A stretch of DNA of 64,000 nucleotides, taken from Nageia nagi. Lineage: Eukaryota > Plantae > Pinophyta. Location: the NCBI GenBank assembly GCA_050084985.1, contig JBITNC010000001.1:125612001-125676000 (forward strand). The letters are read 5' to 3'. The stretch's first letter is position 1. Each line of letters begins with the position of its first letter. This document shows, one piece after another, positions 49,201-61,729 of this stretch. Both the position numbers and the translations under genes were made by a program. The notes beneath the pieces were generated by a model. The model saw only the letters and a list, made by a program, of their open reading frames with translations, was not told where the DNA came from and made no database searches.

Positions 49201-52200
49201 TTTACATTATTAGATTCTTATATGCAAAACCAGTGTAGTTAAATTGAAATATATAACCTTTTGAAGTTCTCCTTGACCATATTGTCCCATTGATGCAAAG
49301 CGTCTTCCAGCACGCATTAAACGCTTTCCAACAGCTGCATACAAATAAATCATAACCAACAACCTCTTGGGATTGAAATATAAAGAAACATCTGAGAAAC
49401 CTATTCATGTTGTACAAGCTTACCAGAGTTTACATTTTCTGTTAAAAAACCCTGCAAAGAGGGCAAAAGATTGGCAATTTCAGCTGTACCCTGTGTATCT
49501 GCTTTTTCCCATGCTTGAGAAAGCTGCATGAACATTTCTCCAAATTTCTGGCCACACTATAAAGTATAAACACAGAATAAGAAATTATTTATAATATCAT
49601 GTCTTGCGATGTAAATAAATGCCAAAACAAGAAATCTTCTGACTGCAATATTGGGTGCTACCCTCTGCAGTAAACTGGATCCTTACGTGTTTGATTGTGA
49701 GATGATCTTGGGAGTTCACAATACAGAATATAGGGTGAGAACTTAACTTTTGGCATCTTCAATTACCTCTTGGGTCACTGGTCCACTTGCAAGATCAAAA
49801 GCCGCATCTTTCAGCTGCATTTGCATAAAAAATGTAATTTACAAGACGATATTATCAACTATAAATAACCTTAATGCCATTCAACCAGGTCAAGTCCTCG
49901 AGATAACAAACATCACAAGTGTAATGACACGCACAGACTAGACAAGACAGCTATAATATTTATTGGCTAAGATTTTCTGTAATGGGACTTAAAAAGCTTT
50001 TGAAGGATCCCAAAACATTATATTGCCAGTAAATAACTTGGAATTAAAGAGGGAGTGGATATGATAAGAAGGAAACTTGATGATTTAAAAACTAAATTTC
50101 TGGCCTTAATATGATGATGATACAAACTCAATGCCATTTTCTATAATTGGGGAGGTTCAAACTTTTTCTCTGCCGGAAAGGGATTTTGAGGAAGACGAAA
50201 TGCAGACTAAAACAAGGGATGCTGCTGAAAGCTTAAAACTTATTAGCTCGCTGTCATTCTTACAGCATGAGATCAACAATTAATAATATCCACCTAAATT
50301 ATTGAAAAGTGATGCATCTGACCCATTGCATCAAATAGCTATCACAGGACAGAGATAGAAATATCTCTAAATAATTCTTGAACAATCTATAGGGCAATTA
50401 CTGAGAAAAAGTAGAAGGGTCATTGCAACACACATACGTGCTTTCCTTTAAGGACAGATTCTTGTCATCAAACCCATGGAAGACAGGCTAAGTCCTTAAG
50501 TTAACAAACACAACACATTGCAAGAATCACAACGAACACTGTTATTTGTAAGTCAGTAGTGGCTGGCTATTGTCACACTCTGAATTTGGACGGATTAGCA
50601 ATGTTTCGATTTACAAGTTTGGTCAGGTTACTAAGCTACAAATTTGAATCAATAGTAAGGTAAAGCCAAAAGCTCCCTTGTTCATACAAGAACGTCTAAT
50701 ATGTCCATAGGTATTCTGGCTAGGTGACATAGAAAAGACCTTTTCTACCTTATAGTACAAACATAGTATCAAATATTTACCAGAAAACGGCATCTGTACA
50801 TGGATATTTCAGCAGGATGGGCCAATTAGAAAATGGGGCAGAGTTGCCTTCTTTTTAGTTTCACTGTTATGATTTCTTTCCTTTTTCTTTATTTTTAGCT
50901 GTAGGGATTTGAAAGCAAAAGTACAAACCTAAACTTATCCGCAATTTAATTCTTGCCTATTGGACTTCTCCAATGGAGGATAAAACTGGTTGCCTGGCAA
51001 AGTAGTCTTCTTTACCCCATGATTGGACATAATGACACAAAGAAATTAAGAATCACTCTGCCTTCCAAACAGTTACAATACCCAAAAGTAGAACCCAGTA
51101 TTATCAGGACCAACAAAGCTTGTCGAGTCACGAGGGAGTTGGGGCTAGCGAGTATTTTAATTTGATGGAGTTTGCCAAACTTTTGGCTAGTTTTTGTCAG
51201 GTGGCAATTTTCTTGCAAACTTTTTGCGTGTAATACTACTTGTTTGTGTATTTGCTGGCACTGTTGTCAAAACTCTTTCCTGAGAGGAGTCAAAAGCTTG
51301 ATCAGTTTCTGAATCCGAATCCGACTGCTATGTACTCACTCCTGCATATTCGCAAAAGGTTAGGCCCCATCAATTGAATTGTGACACAACAAATTAGTCT
51401 ATTAAGGGATGATATGCCTAAATATGGAAGGCAATACCTGAAACATTATTCTAACAATAGGAGTTTCGTGCTGGTAAGGCTCACGGATCGAATCCTGACC
51501 CACACCCACACTCATTAGTCTATCAGAGTCCAAAACATAACCGTACAAATTCTGCAACAGGGTTTATGCATCTATTGCTCAAGACCAAGTGAGTCTGTTG
51601 ACAGAGATATGGGTTCCAGCAGTGTAAACAGTTAAAAAGCACAATAGTCTCATCTCTGTATCGTACCCCTTTGGATGTAAGCTAAAATTGAATGCCTAAT
51701 TGCAACATCTATCCATATGAATTACAAATGGGTAAAGGGCAGAGGTTCAAAATTGCAATTTCTCAAGCATAACAACAAACAATAAATCCAGAATGCCACC
51801 AACAAATCAATAAGTATTCAATGCAATAAACCACAATCTCTAACAAATTTATGACTTCCTTAAAATATCCTAGACACATGCACAAGTCTTTTGTAACTAG
51901 AAATTCAACAAAATGCATTCAGTGCTCAATCTAGTAGAATTAGTGCTCAGAAGCGCCTACATCAGACAGAAGATCATTGGGTAGCTCAGCTAAATAGTTG
52001 GGAGGGAGCACCAGACTGTCCTGCAACACTAACATTCACAACATCAATCATTCCATCTATAATTTTTGCACTTATGTATGGATTTCTCAAGTGATGTACT
52101 TACAGCCAACTCTTGTAATCTCTGTTTGATGAAATCTTCCTCTGATTCATTCAGCTCAGTCAAGGCGTTGTCTATTTGAGCCTGTAAACTACCAGTACTC

Positions 52201-52388
52201 CGTCTCTTACATTGTTGTGGGCACCTGTCATGGGCCAATATACTTTTTTCATGTACTGGGTATCCATGTATAGGAGATATGACAGAAACAGGGTAGGCAT
52301 ACCCGTTGTTATACAGGGTGCTATTGGTCTTTATACTGATGATATTGGTAGCAGGAAATTTCGGTGTGTTGAATATAGACGCCTTCAT
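43167..52388 (-). CDS. Intact 9-exon gene, 324 aa, conserved plant protein of unknown function, probably plastid-targeted with C-terminal TM helices (resembles Arabidopsis At5g37360 as recalled)
   Basis: Exons 52388-52104, 52020-51961, 49814-49767, 49556-49424, 49334-49258, 44071-43973, 43744-43674, 43463-43373, 43277-43167. All introns are GT-AG with consistent phases and there are no internal stops. Motifs LPNDL..DAAFDL..GPV..ECG, GRRF.SMGQY..GELQK, SLQYANDNAL.LAKSLRG. Confidence 0.92.
43373..43463 (-). CDS. Exon 8 (GILSWQLSAAVQSIPEESLQYANDNALILAK)
   Basis: ttgcag acceptor, gtaatt donor. Confidence 0.92.
43674..43744 (-). CDS. Exon 7 (FGTLQVELSSKKAYIGSVIALVF)
   Basis: ttgtag acceptor, gtatgt donor, phase 2. 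Confidence 0.9.
43973..44071 (-). CDS. Exon 6 (IAKSMIAAGE...QTRTLK)
   Basis: ttgcag acceptor, gtgata donor. Confidence 0.9.
44400..45000 (-). mobile_element. Penelope-like element (Dryad-like), N-terminal RT fragment, in intron 5
   Basis: Across frameshifts: AEEVR*DRAVGLRRAKPPRKN, NDYVSKMLDH, KLIPE..RLY.LPKINK..RPII..DSLAYGLASFLAKIF.KPLEGVSESFMED. This matches the PLE RT signature (RxYGLPKIHK..PLRPIV..TYxLAKxL..KPLVG..SFIKDS). Confidence 0.85.
45594..45635. repeat. Compound trinucleotide microsatellite (AAT/AAC/ACT)
   Basis: caataataataacaataacaataacaacaactactactatta. Confidence 0.8.
45770..46185 (+). mobile_element. Penelope-like element, GIY-YIG endonuclease fragment, in intron 5
   Basis: YVEGISNNIG..DYVDPKQRTGIQIIPCSYDKVYIGETGR..KSALVE..FEI*KHPNNLN: a PLE GIY-YIG domain through to the ORF end. 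Confidence 0.88.
49258..49334 (-). CDS. Exon 5 (AVGKRLMRAGRRFASMGQYGQGELQK)
   Basis: atgcag acceptor, gttata donor. Confidence 0.9.
49424..49556 (-). CDS. Exon 4 (CGQKFGEMFMQLSQAWEKAD...ENVNS)
   Basis: tatag acceptor, gtaagc donor, phase 1. Confidence 0.9.
49767..49814 (-). CDS. Exon 3 (LKDAAFDLASGPVTQE)
   Basis: atgcag acceptor, gtaatt donor. Confidence 0.9.
51961..52020 (-). CDS. Exon 2 (DSLVLPPNYLAELPNDLLSD)
   Basis: ttgcag acceptor, gtaggc donor. Confidence 0.9.
52104..52388 (-). CDS. Exon 1 (95 aa; transit-peptide-like N-terminus, ends QRLQELA)
   Basis: ATG at 52388, S/T/K-rich start, donor GTAAGT at 52103. Confidence 0.85.
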
Positions 52389-52750
52389 GGCGACCCTGAA
52401 TTGTAGATTGTTACGTTTAAGTGATGTATCAGCTTATACGACTTATCCGATAATGCAGGATGAGGGCCAAAAGTTGTATGGCTAATTTGTTTGTATACAT
52501 GTTTGTTCCCTCGAGGTTGATATATATGAAAAAGATAAACCCAAAATATTTATTGGTAGTTTCTATCAAGCCATTTCCAAGATTGAATAAACACACAATA
52601 AAATATAATTAGAGGTTGTTACATAACCTTGTTTTTAAAAGTGAGTCCTTGATTTAAAATTGAATTATATAATAATACTAAATATTATTGGAGTGAGGGT
52701 TTATGAATTTTCATGCTTGTGGTGTTTGAGTAATTATTAATGGTTTATTG

Positions 52751-55700
52751 ATTTTGTCATTTCTCATCTTAGGAGATTTCCGTCATTTTAAGTATGTCTC
52801 ACGTTCATTCTACCTCTACTCTTGGTAGTGTTGCAAAGAATGGCGATGGCTTCAGGCAAACATTTGAGGTAAATTTCTCTCGTATATCAAATACGAGGTA
52901 ATCCTGCAATCCCTAAATAGTTATTCTGTAGAACAGTATGATAAATGCTGTGAATGGTATGAAAAGCACCATCTGGTGGGGTATTTCTTAGGTCGAATCC
53001 CTAATGAAAACTAGTTCGTAATTGGGTTAAAGAGGTTGGTATCCCTATGGTGTCTCTGTTGTTAATGTGCGCAACTTGACCAAAGGATTTTTCTATTTCA
53101 CTTTTCTAAAAAACTTGATTCAAAAGTTGGTCGACCATGGTCCCTGTACCACTAAAATTCCATGCTTTTATGGCAACCATATGATGATTCTTTCTGTGAC
53201 AGATGATTCCTCTTGCTTATGCCTGTTTGGGTTGAGTTTCCCAATTTACCCACTAATCTAGGAGGTTTTCTTAAACCCATAGTTAAGCTTATTGGGGAGT
53301 TTGTGTGTTTTGAACCCAATAGATTCATGTTTGCTCGACCACTAATAGGGTTTGTATCAACATTGACCTTGCCATAGATTGTCTGAGGTGTTCACCTAGA
53401 AATTAATGGTGGTGTTCTTACCCAGAAGATGGTTTATGTAGGGTTACCCAATACCTGATTTCTATTGTCACTCGAGTCTCATAAAATTAGAGACTATCCC
53501 CTCATGGTGGATAAATTTAAGGTAAAAACTCCTCAAGCTCCCCCTACTATTCTAACCCATGCAGCCTCAAGGAATGGGACCAAATGGAAGTGCCAAACAT
53601 GATGATGGGTTGAGGTTCATCCCACATAGTACCCATCAAGCTCAATCCAAGGGAATGCTCCTCATCTCCCCCTATGACCCCAACACCTGTTCCTGAGTAA
53701 GTTCCATGGAGATTCTCACGAGGATCCCCTATTGGATTTTCCTTGTTCAGTTTGATTCCACAAATGAGGAGTTAGATCAATTCTTCTACCCATTTTCCCC
53801 CCTTGGGTCAAGGTGGTGGAAAGCTCCTAGCCTTTGAATTCAATGTTCTTGTAGTCCCCTTAAGGATGCTATAGAATGGGTGGGTGACAAACATTGCCAA
53901 ACTATAAAGGGTGTGTCTCCAAGGGACGTAACATATTTGAAGCCCTAACAACTTAGGGTCTTAGAAGATGTCATGGCCTTACATGCATTGATTCTATCAA
54001 TTTACCATGATTTTTGTGTCTTAGAATGTAAGAGGGTTGAAATACCCAACCGTAAGTATGTGAGTCCGCTATGAGCTTGATGTGCTTACATGAATGTATG
54101 GCAAGCTTGATTTTGTCTACTTGCAAGAAGTTAAACTTTCAAAATTCCTTTTGGAATGTACCTACAAGTTTTTTGTGGCTCGAGGCTTTTTTTCATACCA
54201 ACATTCGACTAGGAGTTGGGGAGTGTCATTTATTTCTCTGTAGTGGAAGCACATATAGTTTCTTGGGTATGGACCCTACAACCAGGTTTTTTGGGTTTAT
54301 TTACTTTGCATGGTAAACCTTTTGGTATTATCAATTGTATGCTTCAAAAATCCCTGTTTAGGTGTGATTTTTGGTACTAGTGTGCTTTTCACCTTCCCTT
54401 GGCCACTTGGACAATGTGTGGAGATCTTAATATGGTGGAAAAACCTGTGATAAACTTGGAAGGATTCCTTGGAGATGGGCACCTTAGGGAGCGTGAAGCC
54501 TAATTTTTTATGAAAAATAAATTGGCTTGTATGACTCCAAATCCAAATTCCATCCTAGTAATTTTTCTTTTGTTCAATGGTTTACATGGTCCAACTTTAA
54601 GCCTTGATGTGCATTCTTAAAAGATGGATAGGCTATGCTTACTAAGAATGATTCCTTTCATTTTGGCTACATCAACCCTCCTGAGCCTCCTTTGCTATTG
54701 TGTCTGCACTCTCTTTCCAATCACTCCCTATTGTGTTCCAAATTGAGTTTTCCTCTCACTCCATAAGGTCTTTTAATTCTCAATTTTACCTGAATACCTC
54801 CTTTCTAGAGATGATAATGCATGAGGGCTCATATTTCTCATATTGAACCTCATATCCCTATCCTACTAGCTCTGAAGGGTGGATTGCATAGTGGAATAAT
54901 GCCATTATTCGTATACTAGTGTTCTTCAAACTTTGGAGTTGAATTTGCAAAACATCATCGTAGAGCTAATTCACCCTTAAGATTGAGTTATCCCAAGGCT
55001 ATAAAGATGGAGCTTTAGTCCTTTTAATCCTTGTTTCAAGCTCATGCAACCAAGTTAAGGCATGAGATTTAGAAAGTTAATCTGTATGAAGCCAAGGGCT
55101 GCCCATCTTAAAGCTTGTCTATCCTAGCTTTAGGTGGGGGATTGAGTCTCTAAAGCTTTTTTTAAATGGCTTCATCCTCCCATGCTACTCAATTTCAAGC
55201 TCTTCAGGTCAATGGGCAGAGATTCAAAAATTACCCAATATTATTAGAATTGTTGTTTCATTACTAGACTGTGTTTGCTTCATAACCCCTTACTCCTAAG
55301 AGAAACTTGCTATTAAAAATGTTGTTCTATCATACCTCAAAGGCTTTCTACTACCTTAGAGGGAAATGTGTGATTCTTTGCTTTCCCTAGAGGATCACAA
55401 AAATGCTCTTACTGCAATGGCTTAATAATAAAGCTCCTAACATTGATGGCTTTCCCTACGAGTTTTAAAAGACTTTTTGGGATATGGTTGGCCCTAACCT
55501 ACTGAATGATTATAAAGAGGCCATGAATTCGATATCCTTGGGCATTTGATCAACAAAGGCAACATCATATTCATCCCCAAGTTAGTGATTGAGTTCATCA
55601 TCAATTGGAGACCTATTACACTGCTCAATGTTAGCTATAAAATTATTGCCAAGGCCTTAGCCCTCAAGCTTAGAACATTTCTCTGCTTATCATTCATCCT

Positions 55701-58452
55701 GAGTAAACTAGATTTGTAAAGGGTAGATATATTATGGATAATGTTTTGTTTTTGGAGGGTTGGAGTGGGCTCATCTTTAGGCCGGATTCCCTTTTCATGA
55801 AAATTGATTTTGAAAAAGCACATGATTGTATTGAGTGGAACTTAATTGGAGTAATGTTGTAGGCCCTAGGTTTTTGCCCTTATTTCTGCAATCTATCTTC
55901 ATGCATTTTAAAGATGCTTCAACCACACTTACCCTTAATGGTACCCAGTCCAATGCAATTGCTTTAGCTTTTTGTAAGGCAAGGTTGCCCCTTAGCCCCC
56001 TGTCTTTTCATTCTAACTACTGAAGCCTTTAGCTACCTAGCTAAATTTCCATTCTTCTCAAGGCTTGATAAAAGGATTCTCTTGCCTGGATTCAACTTGA
56101 GCTTATTAAGGGGCACTTTACGATACTCTTTCTTGAATCTCAAGGAAGATGAAACCTCTATTACCTTACCCTTAAATGTCTTGATACCTTTTTTCTTACT
56201 TCAAGCTCCAACAGTCAATGGCAAAAGACATCATGTTATAGATAGTTAGTTAAAGATTGCCCCCTTTGCTTTCTCAAATGCCTTGGAAACAAATCCAATG
56301 GAAAATTTTTAAATTCCTTAGCATCCATTTTGCCTTCCAGGCATCACCTATTCAGCTCTGAATATGGTTATGCAAAAAGTTGATAAAACTAGCCTATTAG
56401 TCCACAAAAAACCTTACTTATAGTAAGTAAATTTCAAATCTATTCTAAAATTCTAGTTGCAACTCATGTATATTACACCTCTTACTAGGTCCCTTCCAAG
56501 GCCTACTATAAGAAACTTGACCGCTTGCTCAGAGATTTCTTGTGGGCTTTTAAAGTGCATAAAAAAAGTTTTCACCATGTTGCTTGGGATGTTTATTGTC
56601 TCCCAAAGAAAGAAGGGGTATGGGGCTTTTTGATTGGTATAAGCAAGGTTATGCTCTCTGTGCTAAGTGGGTTTTCCAGGCACTCTAGGGTGAGGAGGTA
56701 TGGAAGGTGCTTGTACGACATTGCATTACCTTTGGAGTCTTGTATGGGCTAAAACATTGGAAGGGCCTTAATTTACAATCTATTATTACTTCCCTTGCCT
56801 CTTTCAAGATTCAAGGTTCCTTTGTGACTAAGATCATTTGGTGGGCCTAGGAGTCTTTCAAGCCTTGGCTACATTGGAAGGGCCTTTCAAGAGCATATGG
56901 TGCTTCCCTTTCGGGCATCAATGTTTGGTGGTCCTTGGCAATTACTTATGAAGGCAATCTATTGGAAAACACACAATGGGTCCATGCTTTATGTTTCTAC
57001 AGGAAGGGTATTCTTTCCTTTCAAGACTTCCTTGATCCTCATATGATAATTAGTTCTCTTGGTCCAATTTTCGAAACAAGTACAGACTAAAGCCTTTTTA
57101 AAAAGATACCTTTGACTTGATTTTTGATAAATCTCCTCTTTTTATTTGGGTGAAATTGGGGAGAAAATCCCAGAAGTGGTGGTAGTCAGATTGGATCTAG
57201 CCTAAAGGGGTGCATCTTGAGAAATTCAAACCCTATTTGGGGTACTCTTGGTTATCTGCTAATGTGCCTATGTTTCAAACCTTAAAAGATAGATGGGATT
57301 TAATTTCTCCTCAATCCACTTGGAATAAGAGATTTGCACGAGTTTGGCCCTCATTTATTGAACCTAAATAATATTTTTCTGCATGGAGTTTGATGCATTA
57401 GGGGTTATGTATTGGTCACCATCGAGAGTATTTAGGGATAGTTAACCCTTGTTGACCTTGTTGTGGTCAATCTAATACATTCCTTCATGTTTTATGGGAG
57501 TGTGCTAGAGCTCAACAAGCTTGGGAATAGATTCTCTCCTTTTTTAATCTTTATTTAACTTTGTAACCCTACACTTGGGTCCATACCATTCTTGGTGATT
57601 CTCTCAATTTTTTTGAACTGTTATCTAGGGTTTAACATATTTTTTGAATCAAAATACTACTTCATATTTGGAAAATCAAGAATAATGTCATATTTCATAA
57701 GCAGAAAGCATCAACATAATTTTCTATTACTGATAAATAGTTATATTTTATGACTGTTGGTTGTAGATAGTTGTATAGTTGGAAAATGTACATGTGAAGG
57801 TTCAAAATCTTTGTAACTTACTAGATCATTGGGCTAATACCCCTTGCATAATGAGCAAAATGCCTCCCAAGCATGATTCAGATCACTCCCATTCAAGGGT
57901 TTAGGGTTGTTGGAATTCAAGGGTTGGCCCAGCTCATTGAGATTCCTCTCCTTCTACTGCTCATCTTTCATTACCTTTCGATCATCACTGGTCCTAGCCT
58001 CCTCCCCACCAGAAGCATAGACACTCTATGGAGCCCTCTTCCTCTCATTCATAGAGTGAGTGGGATGTGCAACCTACTCTTCTTCTAGCTACTTTTGGTT
58101 GGGATCACTTGATAATAGATTCCCCTCCCTCAACCCAAGGTTGGGGACATGTGCTTATTGTTGAGAACATTAGTGCTAAGGGATGGGTGGTCCTTGGTCC
58201 TAGTGCCACCTTGCATGAGGCTCCTTGAAGTGTGTGGATGCACGTTGATATTGTGGATAATTTCTATCTTTCTGATGCCCCTAAGATTGACTAAATTATG
58301 GTGTCTATCATATATGCTTTTTGTTGTTATTGATGGTAACCCCCCTTTTTTGGAGCATAGAAGGACTTAAGTTGTTGCATAATTTGCTAGTGGTTTGTTT
58401 ATTTTTTTTGTATGATTAGTTCTTGTTAATAAAAGTCCTTTTCATTCAAAAA
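52751..58452 (+). mobile_element. Full-length but decayed L1-type LINE (ORF1 and ORF2) with TSD
   Basis: ORF1 DUF4283-like (VGYFLGRIP..LTKGFFYF..PVWVEFP). ORF2 has EN (GDLNMVE), RT (NWRPITLLNVSYKIIAKALA, KIDFEKAHD, RQGCPLAP) and a zinc finger (HVLWEC). AATAAA plus short A-tail; 19-bp TSD at 52732-52750 and 58453-58471 (17/19 identical). Confidence 0.9.
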
Positions 58453-61400
58453 AATTATTAATGTTTTTTTGGAATTGTAATGGTTTGAAACATTCACAAA
58501 ATAGATCAATCATCTTTGGGAAGGTATAAATTTTTATAGAATTATCCAATTGAGTTGATTCTTTTTGCATTGGATATCTATCGAAAATAGCTTTCCAACA
58601 AGTATATGCATGCCTATATTTATTGAATATTTGACCTTCATTCAAGATGTTTTCCTCCAAACTATCTTTTTCAAGGAAGTTGTTACACTAGTGCTAACAC
58701 TACAACTAACATCTGTGATGGTGTTTCTAAGGAATTTGGATGTAATATTTAGTATTCATATTGCTTAGCATGTTAATACGCTAATTATAATTCTAGGGAC
58801 CAAGTATTGCTCATAGAGACTATAGTTAACACTAGATAAGACCTAACTTGACAATTCAACTTGACACCTGAGTGGACACCTAACTTTGTTAGTGCCAATG
58901 TTGGAGAAACAAAACATGTATGGGTAGAAGCTAAAGCAGTCTAGGTAGTTTTGAAGCATCATGAAAGTTGGAGAATCATTGGAAACTTGAAGGGACACTA
59001 GTTTTGAATTTGTTTATTCCCCTAGTGATTTTATGAATAATCCAACAATCTAAGAGGAGGATACACAAAAACCATAGGAGATGGAATGACCTAGTGGAGT
59101 TTTATTCTTATTGTATTCCCACTAGCATACCATGTTACCATTGTTGGTTACAGACTATTAGATGGAGACTAGAATCTATGAATAAAAGAGCTTCATAAGA
59201 ATGGAGATCCTTTCCATTCTCCATGTTGTAATATTGGTTAGATAGGCAATATGATAGCCATTATAATCAAGTAAAGTCATAGTATAGGGTGAACAAAATT
59301 ATAATCATTATGTGCTATTTCATTCCTTATGTGCTAAGTAGATCAATGATTTAATAGTGAAAATTATACTGTTGAGAGCATACTATATTTGTGGGAGGTA
59401 TAGTGTGTGAGTCTAGTGTACAAACAAAGAAATGTAAAAAAAATAATATTATCCAAGAGAGTAATAAAAGAAGGAGCTTGAAAATCTTTCACAAACATGA
59501 TGGAAGAGAGAGTTCTAGATCATGGGATGACAAAACCAAAAAGAATATGTTGTTACAAATACTAGCACCAACATTAAGTTGAGTGCTAACATTATTGTAG
59601 CAATAGGGAAAAAGAGCCTGAAGATGATTTGGTTGAGCTTGAAGGAGCCAAAGGGTCATGAGAGCTAAAAGTGCAAATGTCCAAAATATTGAGGCAACAT
59701 TCAAACTACTTGTGGTTGTAAGTTCCTTCCTTGTTTCAAGAATCAAATCATGAAGAAATCCATAAAAAGGGGATGTACTCTCACATTGTAAGGAAAATTT
59801 ATAAATCTTGTTGTTCTTCATGCAGATGTGCATTATTTTATTGGTTATAAAATTAGTAATTATGCATATTAAGAACATATAAAGGATTGAGAAAATGAAA
59901 GCAATAAAATTCTAAAATTTGTAATTAAGGATCCTTTGAAATCCATAGGCTTAAGGTGATTACAAATCAATCCTCTAAGCACATCAAACTTATAATATTT
60001 GATTCATAAATATATAAAAGATTGAAATTGGATACTATTTCACCTAAGATTTGAAATGTGATGATATAGAAAAATTATTATTATTATTATTATTTTTTAT
60101 TTCTAATATTGTATGATTTAGAAAATGTTTGAATTTATTTTTAATATATTAGATAAAACTATTTGATGCTTTGTCTTTCTTTTTGACGATATCAAGGAAA
60201 ATAAATTTTCATGATTCATTTCTCATAAATTATTATGTGATGAAAGGGATGAGATGTTGATATCCACAAAGAGATCTCTATTGTTTCAAGAATACGATAG
60301 ATAAAAAATGCAAAAATTGAGGATATACAAAGTACACACAATAAGGGAAGCTTATGTTAGATATGTGACAAACTAGTACATGCTAATAGATGATTCTTCA
60401 ATACAAAAGTAAAAGTGAACATGAGCTTCAAATGAAATAAGATTTTTATGTTAGACATCAAGTAATCTCTTATGTGATCACAATCATATTCTCTTTTTGT
60501 GTGTATGTATACAACTACTTGAGTTAATTTTATATATTTAAAGTAAGTTTTTATTCCTTTCCAAAGGTTTCCCATTTGAAAATGAAATTTAAAATATCAT
60601 GACAATCTGCCCCATTAATTATACATTTAATTTTAGTTTTATAAATCTTAATAAGAAATATTATAAATATATCTATAACCTACCATATTTTGAATTGACA
60701 TGTGCTTATAGATGGCAAACATATCATCCATGTGAAGGCACAAATTAAAGTCTAAAAACATGTAAATTTAAAATAAAGAATACATTTTAAATGTTTATAT
60801 CCTTGATATATGTAGAGTCTAATTAGGGTATATGATCAATATCAAATGGATAAAATAGAAATAGGATAATTTTAAACCTTTGATTACTTTCCCTTGGTTC
60901 TTCTTTAGAATATATCTACTTATAAATAAATGTATAATAAAGAATCATAAAGATATTTGAAGCAACATTGATTGTACCAAATTCTATCAAAAAATCTTAA
61001 TCCATAAATTAAAAACTAAAAATCACACCATCAAATGATACTATAGGCCATTGAATATACAATTATAATACTTAGCCTTTAGTCATGCCCCAACATTAAG
61101 TCTTGTATTTTTATGGTTAAATTTTGCATCCTTTGATGAATCATCAAAGCATGTGATGTGATAAAAGATAGTCTAGTGATTAATAGTCAACATGGGATCC
61201 ATCAATCCCTTTTTAGAATAAATATTAGTTTAAATATTAACCAAAGATGTCTCCTTTTACTATTATTTCCTATAAATATATGATTAAATTCAAAATTCAC
61301 TCCTCAAATGAGTTATTGAATTATCATTATCATATCTAATTATTAAAATGGAATGTTGAAATAAAAATCAACCTTAGCTTTAGGTTGGTGTCTATTTAAT

Positions 61401-61729
61401 CAAGTAATAAGTAAAAAAATGTAAAGTGAGTAATGATGTAAAAAACATGAAAAATAAATCTATAAAACAAAAATTATAGCTTTCAAATGTTGACATACTT
61501 TCCAAAAGAAAAACTAGAGTGCACACACATTGAAATATGTTATAGCTTAGAAAATTATGTTTCTTTATTTTTTATACCCAAAATCATGTACAATGTAATG
61601 AGTGAGTGCTACAAAGTCTCAAACACTCCAATCCACTAATTATCCTACTATTACATTCAAAAGAATAATGACAAACTAAGATGTTCTTTTATGAAAATCA
61701 TAGGAATCTTACCACTTTTCACATTTTAA

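Noticed and set aside
51090-51335. Possible hAT/MITE remnant in intron 2 (gaatccgaatccgactgctatg end)
   Set aside because: No matching second TIR or TSD could be established.
52044-52103. ORF-track extension of exon 1 (VSTSLEK...WND*)
   Set aside because: It is read-through into intron 1: GTAAGT donor at 52103 and an in-frame exon 2.
58480-59900. Possible decayed retroelement coding region
   Set aside because: Looks TE-derived, but no diagnostic motif could be read, so it is left unannotated.
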